A DNA stretch of 64,000 bases, from IMG/VR virus record IMGVR_UViG_3300020724_000005; one strand, written 5' to 3'. This document shows, in pieces, positions 43,165 through 51,400 of this stretch; positions within the stretch are counted from its first letter, which is position 1; the number at the start of each line of letters is the position of its first letter. The notes beneath the pieces are model-generated. The model saw only the letters and a list, made by a program, of their open reading frames with translations, did no database searches and was not told the origin of the DNA. The position numbers and the translations under genes were made by a program. Source of the stretch: a virus.

Positions 43165-43213
43165 AGACCGTCGACTATGAAAACCTTTGAATTCAGGCTT
43201 AAGTCGACGGTCT
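43165..43213 (-). other. perfect 12-bp inverted repeat (hairpin) between the HNH gene and the FEN gene
   Basis: AGACCGTCGACT 43165-43176 / AGTCGACGGTCT 43202-43213 with a 25-nt loop. There is no clear U-tract on the transcribed strand. Confidence 0.4.
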
Positions 43214-43279
43214 GTGTATTATTTTGTGAAAGATCATTTATCATTTCTGCATATCTACTATTCATATTCTACTATAGAT

Positions 43280-43843
43280 TTAATTTTTATATTTACAATT
43301 ATCAAAATGCCACTGGATCATATTACTCTTATTTGCTATTTTTTTACAATGCGGACATTGGGCCAAAGGCCTATTTTTAGCAGATTCACTTTGTGCAATT
43401 TTAGTTTTTTCTGATGTTTTTAATTCTTTATTCCACGTATTCATTCCAATGAAAAATGATCCTGAATTTACTTTATGTGGAAATTTTTTATCTTTATTCC
43501 ATGGAATTCTATTTTTAATACTTTCAATATAGCATTGTTTAGCTTCTACTGATATTCTTATACTATGTCTACCTGTATTTTTATCTTTAATGCACATTAA
43601 ATGAAAAGCATATGTTAATTTTTTATTTTCAGGAAAACTTCTATGTAATAACCAGTGCGCTAATATATGCTCTCTAATAGTTAATAAAACTATATTTTTA
43701 TTGTTTGTATTTCTTCTATCACCAATTCCTCCCAAACATATTGGCACTATGTGATGAGACTCGTAATAAACCTCTTTATTTTTTGTTCTTTTCTCCAATT
43801 TACATTTGCAGACTAATCTATTATATATTTTTAAGTAATCCAT
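43280..43843 (-). CDS. HNH homing endonuclease with CPHC..HFDNC zinc-finger tail
   Basis: Start moved to MDYLKIY. ESHHIVPICLGG....N..NIVLLTIREHILAHW. C-terminal CPHCKKIAN..WHFDNCK. Confidence 0.85.
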   Translation of the reverse strand: MDYLKIYNRLVCKCKLEKRTKNKEVYYESHHIVPICLGGIGDRRNTNNKNIVLLTIREHILAHWLLHRSFPENKKLTYAFHLMCIKDKNTGRHSIRISVEAKQCYIESIKNRIPWNKDKKFPHKVNSGSFFIGMNTWNKELKTSEKTKIAQSESAKNRPLAQCPHCKKIANKSNMIQWHFDNCKYKN

Positions 43844-43963
43844 AAAATAAAATGGACTCATTGAAGTCAAAGGTCGGGCAATGACCAATGATTCTAGAGT
43901 CCAATAAGTTTATTATAGATAGTTAATTGCCCTAACTTTCTATCTATAATAAATACTTGATTT
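43844..43963 (-). promoter_or_regulatory. structured HE leader, copy F
   Basis: P1 14 bp, 43909-43922 / 43940-43953. P2 TGGACTC 43853-43859 / GAGTCCA 43897-43903. P2a GGTC/GACC. L1 ATTGCCC 43926-43932 is complementary to GGGCAAT 43876-43882. Confidence 0.6.
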
Positions 43964-45046
43964 TTAAGAATCTTCAATATCAAATATATCATTTTTTGAT
44001 GGATCCTCTTCTTCTACAATATCAAATATCTCAGAACCTAGCGCCTTTATCCACTCATGCGAATATTCATTTTTATATTTACTTATCGCTGATGGAGAAT
44101 CATCAATAAAACCATGCACTGTCATTATAACTTTGCCTACAGCTGTAACTCCAGTTATGTGATTTTTATCGCATGAAATTCTAGTTCTCTTAGCAAATTC
44201 CACGTCTTTTCCATTTTTTGTAGCTTTTATTTTATTAGTCCCCGCCTTTGAAATATTCCCGAAAGTGATTACAAGAGTAGAGTCAAACCACATAGTATTA
44301 CCTCCTTTATTTTGTAAAGTTGGTTGTCCCATTGGATTATCTGGTTTTGCTACCCAAACTTTATTTATTGCTACAAGTGTATTGGTGTAGGGTTGGCTCT
44401 CCTTTCTCGACATAATGATACGTTGATTGATGAAGTTGCCAAATTGAGTCGACATAGCACCTGCAGCCCACTCATTATTATTAGTGGATTTTTCTATGCT
44501 CAGACGACAAGGTATAGACCCCACCGAGTCCCACAGAAAGCATATGTCATACGGTAGATTGCCTTTCTTCTGCTCGTCTAAGATGTCTGCCATAAATCCC
44601 GCCACGTCCTCTACGCACTGCATCTTTTCCCTGTCTACGTATATGAAGAAGCCACTGTAATCTACCACTTCTCCTGTTGACTTATCGACGACCTCATCAA
44701 ATTGTAAACCCATTGACCTTGCGTGCTCCCAAGACCATTTCATCTCGGTAACTATAAACACTGGGAGTATGCCCATCTTTTGAGCTTGCACTGCTGCTTC
44801 TAATAGCGCAGTAGTCTTGCCAGTATCTGAGTGTCCTCGTAGTAGAGTGATGTGTCCTATCGGTATGCCAGGGATCTGAAGTGTATCACTGAAAGCCTTG
44901 GAGAGAGGTATCCACCTCGTCTCCTTGAACTTTACAGATGTGCTTGATAGGTTCTTGGACTTCTTGAATTTGTCCAGATTGAATTCGCCTTTGATGGCTG
45001 TAGAGAGAGCCCCATTGAGGCTCTCTTTCTTTTCTGATTTTGCCAT
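43964..45046 (-). CDS. RecA-superfamily recombinase-like ATPase (UvsX/RecA-like)
   Basis: GHSDTGKTTALLEAA (Walker A) and ICFLWDSVGS (Walker B-like). Lies next to the SSB gene. Confidence 0.65.
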   Translation of the reverse strand: MAKSEKKESLNGALSTAIKGEFNLDKFKKSKNLSSTSVKFKETRWIPLSKAFSDTLQIPGIPIGHITLLRGHSDTGKTTALLEAAVQAQKMGILPVFIVTEMKWSWEHARSMGLQFDEVVDKSTGEVVDYSGFFIYVDREKMQCVEDVAGFMADILDEQKKGNLPYDICFLWDSVGSIPCRLSIEKSTNNNEWAAGAMSTQFGNFINQRIIMSRKESQPYTNTLVAINKVWVAKPDNPMGQPTLQNKGGNTMWFDSTLVITFGNISKAGTNKIKATKNGKDVEFAKRTRISCDKNHITGVTAVGKVIMTVHGFIDDSPSAISKYKNEYSHEWIKALGSEIFDIVEEEDPSKNDIFDIEDS

Positions 45047-45064
45047 GTAACCTTTTTAATTGGA

Positions 45065-45922
45065 TTAGATATTGAAGAGATCATCAATTTTTGCATCGAT
45101 ATCACTCTTCTTTGTGCTCAGTGAAAACGACTTGGTCTCTGCCTTAGTCTCTTTCTTCTTAGGCTTTTCTTCCTGCGTTTCCCAAGAAAGATCTCCGCCT
45201 GGGATCTCTGGAGCGTTGTCTGGTGCGATGACTACCTCTGGCTTGTCTGTCTCCTCTTCTGGGTTCAGGTGTGCTTGTAGCGCTGCCTTCATCTCATCGT
45301 AAGAGTAATGCTTGTACGTATCCAGTGGATTTGGCTGTTCTGTGAGCCACTTCTTGATCTCTGATTCCTTCTCAGACAGAGGAGTCACCTTGCCTCTCAC
45401 CCTTACTTTTGACTGGTTGAAGTTTGTGCCGTTCTGCTCTGGAGATGTCGTCTCGATCGTGATATCGCGTCCAGAGATGGGATCTGTGTAGTCGCCAACG
45501 TCTTCGTCTTCCATGATCGCCAAAAGCTCCATGAAAACCTGCTTGCCGAATTCCCAAAGCATGACGCCTTTGTCTTCTTCGCCACGCACTATCACTGGCA
45601 CCATGACCCTCATCTTTGGTTCCATCTTCCTGGCCAGCTGCCAATCCTCCTTGTTAGAAGACTTACGTAGCTTCTGAGTGAACTCTGCGATCGGATCTTT
45701 CTCTCCATGACACGCTGGAGACATCATCGTCTTGTTGTTGATCCCGTAGTAGATGTAGATCTCCTTGAACGGGTTTGTCTTGTCGAAAACAGACGGGAGT
45801 ATTCTCACCGAGTGTTTGCCTACTGCTGATCTCCATAGAGTCTTGGGTTGATCAGATTTGGAACCCTTTGGGTTCTGAAGTGACGCTAGTCTACTTCTCA
45901 ATGCTGCAACGTCTATTGCCAT
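45065..45922 (-). CDS. single-stranded DNA-binding protein, gp32-like
   Basis: VRILPS...NPFKEIYIYYG, ...SPACHGEKDPI, and an acidic C-terminal tail DIDAKIDDLFNI. Called by pattern and position only. Confidence 0.55.
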   Translation of the reverse strand: MAIDVAALRSRLASLQNPKGSKSDQPKTLWRSAVGKHSVRILPSVFDKTNPFKEIYIYYGINNKTMMSPACHGEKDPIAEFTQKLRKSSNKEDWQLARKMEPKMRVMVPVIVRGEEDKGVMLWEFGKQVFMELLAIMEDEDVGDYTDPISGRDITIETTSPEQNGTNFNQSKVRVRGKVTPLSEKESEIKKWLTEQPNPLDTYKHYSYDEMKAALQAHLNPEEETDKPEVVIAPDNAPEIPGGDLSWETQEEKPKKKETKAETKSFSLSTKKSDIDAKIDDLFNI

Positions 45923-45982
45923 ATTTGAAACTATTTGTTTATAAAAGAATGTAATGATTAATATCGATCCAGAAAAATAGAT

Positions 45983-46405
45983 CTATGAAGTCGCCACTAT
46001 CTTGTGTACGAGGGTGTTTAATTTTCGAAATGCGCTGCCTTGCGTCAGGAGCATTGAGTTTCTGTACTCTTGCCAGTTTATAGGGAACTTGTTGTCCATC
46101 ATGCCGTTGTTCAGGCTCATGATCAAGGTATTCAGCGCGTTTATCGTGTAGAGCGTGTTGCTCTCTTTCTTTCTGTGTAGAAGGATCGTGTTGTTCAGCA
46201 TCCGTGTCTCATGTCCTTCGACCTCGATGTTGTATGTGCACATGTACTCGTCAGACTCTGGAGACGTCAACACGAAGATCTTGCTGTATAGGATCTTGTA
46301 TTGGCCGTTTATCTCTGCCAATCTTTCTTCGAGTCTTTCTTTGGGTGTGAAGCTGCAAAAGAGCCTATTCATTAATGAGTCTTGCGTTAACGTGATCGTT
46401 GTCAT
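45983..46405 (-). CDS. hypothetical protein (140 aa)
   Basis: ORF track. TATAAATAT motif upstream. Confidence 0.8.
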   Translation of the reverse strand: MTTITLTQDSLMNRLFCSFTPKERLEERLAEINGQYKILYSKIFVLTSPESDEYMCTYNIEVEGHETRMLNNTILLHRKKESNTLYTINALNTLIMSLNNGMMDNKFPINWQEYRNSMLLTQGSAFRKLNTLVHKIVATS

Positions 46406-46434
46406 AACCTGATTGTTTTTATAAATATCGGGTT

Positions 46435-47739
46435 TTAGTCGAAAAAATAGTCTTTTGAGTGCTTGTGTTTTACCCTGAATCCGTCTTCTTCGAGTATCTG
46501 CTTGACTCTGATGAGGAACTCCTTGCCTTCCTGTACCGAGTAGTCAAACAGGAAGGCGTCGTAGGTTATCAGCACCAGCTGGCTTGTCTTTCCTGACATG
46601 TACTCCCTAAGCCTCTCTATCTTCTGTACATTGTTTTTGGTCTCTAGATTCTGCACCCAATAGTTAAATAGCTTGAGCTTGTTCATCTCTGGATTCTTTC
46701 TGAGCAATGTCCCTGTTGGAAGTATCAATGAACCGTCTCTCTTGTACCTCTTCCAGATCTCGTCTATGAAGTCTCCAAGCTTTGAGAAGAAGGGGAACTC
46801 CTTGTACTGGTCATCTATCCCTCCGTACAACTGCTTAAATGTGATCTCCTTTGATTTATGATACTCCTCTTCTGTCAGCTCTTCCTTGCCAAAGTATATC
46901 TTGCCTAGCTGCATGTGTATCGACTGGTCTTGATCTTCAAACTCGTGTCCTATCTGCCGTGCTATGAGTCTCAAATGATACGAGTCAAAATCGAACTCAA
47001 CCAAATAATCATGTCTTGGAACGAAACACCGTCTGAACTCTCTGGTCTTTGGTACTGCTACGAAGTTTATGCCGTTGAAAGAGTTGGTAGGTCTGCCTGT
47101 GGTGTTGTACATGTTGTAGTACGAGTATACCAGCCCACCTTTTACGAAGCTCCTTTTTGACTGCACTGCGTACGTGTCGTCTAGTGCCTCTTCATCTATG
47201 GCGACGCCCTGCCTCTCTACCCATCCGTATGCCTCACAGGCTCTGTCTAATATACTGTGATCATTCTCAAGGTCAAACAGGGACTGGACTTTGTTATAGA
47301 GACACTGGCACCTCTCGTAGTGCTTCGTTATCGGCAGGATCTCGTTTAGGTTTGGAAGAGCGCCCATCCTCATGTAGAAGTCGCTGTGTATCATCGTATC
47401 GCACTCTAGCTTTGATCCGTCTATACCCTGGTCCATCCTCGTGAAGTTCAGATCTACTGCGTTATCGATCTGGAGAAAGTACGAGTGGAACTTCCTATCG
47501 AGCAAGTAGACTTTCTTGTGCGAGTTTATGAAAGATTGAATCTGGGCTATTTCTAGGCTGAATCCTTCGCTATGGTTTACGGGGAATATGTAACCTTTGG
47601 CTCCATCATTATAGTAGACCAGTGAGCATCTGGATAGCCTAGGATGATACCTGTCTGAAGATGATACTACTTGAATGAAGCACGATTCGCTTGGAGAGAG
47701 CTTTGAGAGCTGCTCTGATGTTTCTATGATAAAGTACAT
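46435..47739 (-). CDS. divergent family-A DNA polymerase-like protein (compact, 434 aa)
   Basis: TTGRPTNSF..NFVAVPK, FDFDSYHLRLIA (motif A-like), KSKEITFKQLYGG (motif B-like), NYWVQNLE and LITYDAFLF (motif C-like). The N-terminal exonuclease motifs are degenerate. Confidence 0.7.
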   Translation of the reverse strand: MYFIIETSEQLSKLSPSESCFIQVVSSSDRYHPRLSRCSLVYYNDGAKGYIFPVNHSEGFSLEIAQIQSFINSHKKVYLLDRKFHSYFLQIDNAVDLNFTRMDQGIDGSKLECDTMIHSDFYMRMGALPNLNEILPITKHYERCQCLYNKVQSLFDLENDHSILDRACEAYGWVERQGVAIDEEALDDTYAVQSKRSFVKGGLVYSYYNMYNTTGRPTNSFNGINFVAVPKTREFRRCFVPRHDYLVEFDFDSYHLRLIARQIGHEFEDQDQSIHMQLGKIYFGKEELTEEEYHKSKEITFKQLYGGIDDQYKEFPFFSKLGDFIDEIWKRYKRDGSLILPTGTLLRKNPEMNKLKLFNYWVQNLETKNNVQKIERLREYMSGKTSQLVLITYDAFLFDYSVQEGKEFLIRVKQILEEDGFRVKHKHSKDYFFD

Positions 47740-47799
47740 TTGTCAAAACCTGATTAGTAGGAATGTAAGTTATCTTTTGGAACTTTTGTAGTCTATGTT

Positions 47800-48471
47800 T
47801 TAAGTCGTAGGTCTTGCCCATTTGCTGTATTGTCCTCCTATGAAGTCTGTCATCCCTATCATAGTCTTGTTGAGCTCTTCAGTCAGCCGTTTGTTGGTGT
47901 CGATTATTCCAGCTCGAGTATCGTATTGGGATATCCTCACGGCGTTTAGTGAACCTGTCAACTTCCACATCATCTGCCCTGTCATATACATAGATATGTC
48001 ATACGGAGCAGTTCCGTTCTGTATGTTCGTGTATTCTTCTGGAGATATCTCTATCACGTACCCTCTGTCGTTCGTCTTCTTTGCAAAGTATCTTATCAGG
48101 TATCCTCTGCCGTAGTCGTCTGATATAGGAGACGGGTAGTAGGGCACAGGTCCTCCTCCCAAGTTGATGGGACTGTTTTGCTGCTGAGTTGATTTCTTTG
48201 AAGACACAGAACTCCTGTCTAGAGTTGCTGCTATCAACGCCTGTTGCAGAGATTGTGGAAGCGCTGGGTTAGAAAGCACAGAAGATGCCTTGGTGTCTAG
48301 AACGGGTTTCAACGGCTCACTTGGACCTTGTAGCGGATCTGGTCCTGTGAAAGCAGTGCCATCATACGCCACATAGTACTTTCCTACATAAGGAGCGCCA
48401 TTCAGCGTGAAGTCTCCTCCAGCTGTGTTCTGGTTTGTCTGTATCCTAGAAGATGGGTAGTATCTCAGCAT
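47800..48471 (-). CDS. hypothetical protein, last gene of the tail/baseplate block
   Basis: ORF track. Starts 4 nt after the 1434-aa gene. Confidence 0.75.
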   Translation of the reverse strand: MLRYYPSSRIQTNQNTAGGDFTLNGAPYVGKYYVAYDGTAFTGPDPLQGPSEPLKPVLDTKASSVLSNPALPQSLQQALIAATLDRSSVSSKKSTQQQNSPINLGGGPVPYYPSPISDDYGRGYLIRYFAKKTNDRGYVIEISPEEYTNIQNGTAPYDISMYMTGQMMWKLTGSLNAVRISQYDTRAGIIDTNKRLTEELNKTMIGMTDFIGGQYSKWARPTT

Positions 48472-48474
48472 GGG

Positions 48475-51400
48475 TTAAAATTTTCCGAATTCTCCTTTAT
48501 CTATCCTGTTCAAAATGTCTTTAGAGTATGCAAGCCTTATTTCTGGATCTTGTACAGACGAGTTTTGAAATTCATAGAATCCCATGGCATTGATAGCTGT
48601 CATGAGGTCAGTTGTAGTCTTTAGAATTTTACACTCTTCTACAAATGGAGTATTAGACATCTCAATGTCTATGAACGCAAGTTGCACATCAATACTGTTG
48701 TAGTCATGCTTAGTTTTTAGCTGAGCTAATCTTGATCCAAGCCATTGGGCTATCCCATATGCGCCACTGCCCCGTTTGTTCGATACAGTGGTGATCAACC
48801 CAGACTCTTGGAGAAGATTGCCTACTACCACAGCGGTGCCTACTTTTCCATAGCCTCTGCCTTTAAAGAAAGTTATAGCTTTTTGTATCTTTGCCTTATC
48901 AAAGCCAGTAGTGTCTCCATTGACCGGGCCTGGGTTAGCTGTAGCATTCAAAGTCTTTACAGCGGGTGGTGGTGCGTTGAATACACTTTGATCTTCGTAG
49001 TCTTCTTGGTTCTTAAGCAGAGTCATGAACCCGTCTACTGCAGTCGTCCACTGGTTGTTCTCGAAGCTATGCACCAGCTTGGATATGGAGAATGCTACTT
49101 TGCGGTCATTGAGATTCTTCTGGTTGTACCTGTACGGAAGCACTTGTTCTGAAAGAGTGTAGAGCTGGAACGGGTACAGGCTCGATATGCCATCCATGGT
49201 CACGCTTGACTTCAGAGGTATTATAGCAGAATGCACTGATCCTTTGCTGATGTTTCTGACGTAAGACATCCTTTCTATGTAGTAGTTTATCGCCCTGTTG
49301 ATGCTGTCTTCGCTCAAAGCTTCAATTTTAGGTGTCACCTCTCCACTGTAGTATCCGTTTATCCTCTGCATGACAGAATCAAAGTTAGCAGCTATGCTGA
49401 ACATGGAGTTGTTGTCAGCAGCTATAAATTTGTCTTTTCCAGTGCCAGAGTTGTCTACAGTATACGGCTTGTATCTGTCTATGAAGTTGTAGTTGTATAT
49501 CCCAAAGTCAGAGTTGTCTCTGCTCATCCCCACTTGGTTTTGAGTTCCTCCAGGGTTTGCAGATATCGCAAGCATGCTAGACACCCTGCTGCTTATGTCA
49601 GTTCTTATGTCAAAAGCTCTCGCTACTGACCCTTTACCGAACACTGGTATCTCACACGATGTTCCTATAGTACTGCTTTTGGCTGTGTTAGGATCTGCTG
49701 GTATCAGTTGGTCATCGACTATGGAGTAGCAGTTTGCATTATCGTTGTAGGCGACCCTCAATGCGTTGTATCCACCCATGCACTTGTTGATGTCTTGGAC
49801 TATAGTCTTCATGATCCCTTGAAAGTACGTCTCGTAGGTGTCACTCTGCCTTGACAGGTCCTTTATAATCTTTAGGAGATACTGCACATTCACCATGATC
49901 TCCATAGTTCTTCCGATGTATGGATTAGACTTTCCTTGTACGTCTGCATGTGGGTTTGGAAGCAGGCTTGATAGACCGTTCTTCTCTCCGTCTTCTGGGT
50001 TCCAAAGAGAGCTAGAGACTGCAGTGCTTTTGTTGTGTACAGGGTTTGTTGAGCTTCCTTTGTCTGCAGGCGCTTGGTACTGGAGGTAGTCTCCTTTTAT
50101 CAAGCTGGAATCGAACAGCTTTTTGTAGTCTGTCTTCCTTCCTTTGTAAGCGACCAAGAATTTGTTAGGATCAAGAGATATCTGGTTCACACTGCTCTGG
50201 TAGAAGTTGGTAGACTGGTTGAAGTCTATGTATGCCATTGGAGACAGCGTTGCATTCGGATTGTCTGCGCTCGGGTTGTCTTGTGAGTTGTACAGTATAG
50301 CAGTGTGGTTGAGCATCATCATGAACAGACCAAGCGGTATGTAGACGAACTCTTTCACTGCGATCTGGTGTGAGCTGTCTTCTATCACCGTCATGCTATT
50401 TCCAAAACTGAATGTACGAGGAGTGAACAGCTTTTCAAAGTCAACTTGCGGGATCTTTGAAGACTGAAATATGTTATCATCTCCAAGGTTCTCTCCAGAC
50501 ATGATGTAGGAGTTGTTACCGTATCTCAAGTTTATCTCTAGCCTTTTTGCAGCGTCCAAAGATCCGTCATAGTAGCTTTTGTAGTATCCGCTGAGATCTA
50601 CAGGCTTTAAAGACTGGTCAAGTATGTTTGCCAGCGCTTTGCTGTATGCTCCGTCTTGAAACAGGTTCTTGAAAAAATCTATGCTTACGTTCGGGTTTAC
50701 TCTTCCAAGAGCTGCAGTGTGATTATCTGCGTATATTATCATAGACTTCAGCATCATCTCCAACGCAGACTCTGAATCCAATGAGGCTTTGAACTGGTCG
50801 AAGTCGTAAGTTTGTGATGCGTTGTTTATAGCATTGTTATATTGATCTTTCGCCTGTTGTACTTGCGCATTGTACTCTACTGTGAGCTTGTCCTTCGTCA
50901 GGTTTTTTTCATCTGGGACTAGGGGTGGCTTTGTGCTATTCACATCTATGCTTGTTATCAGAGACAGATCTGGGAGGTAATACCTACCTTCGTAATCAAG
51001 ACCTGCTGCTGCTTTATCTGAACCTCCGTTCCCCACGTCAGAATCTTCACCTGGTGCCAGTCCAAGCTCTATATAGATCTTATCATTTGACTTTGTAGTA
51101 GAACTCAGCTTCACATAGACTCCATAGCGAGAATCTTTAACAGGGTCTACTTGTAAAATCTCAACTTTATATTTTGTAGCTGGATCTTCAAAAGCGCTTA
51201 TTGCTTCTGAAGTTGCGCTTTTTTTAGAAGCATCTACTAGAAACGTTGTTCTGACTGAAAAATACGCTTCTTCTACAACACCAGCGCTTCCTGAGATCAG
51301 ATCAGTTACAGAGCTGTTCTTTGATCCGTAGGTGATGAATTTACCTGGGTTGTCAACTTGCGTAGTAAAAAAATAATCGCTGACGCTCTTCTTTGCTGTA

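Noticed and set aside
45372-45644. ORFs 45372..45644 and 45403..45585 (-) and similar Arg-rich ORFs inside the SSB, sheath, tape measure and polA genes
   Set aside because: These are alternative-frame shadows within longer motif-bearing genes, with low-complexity translations.
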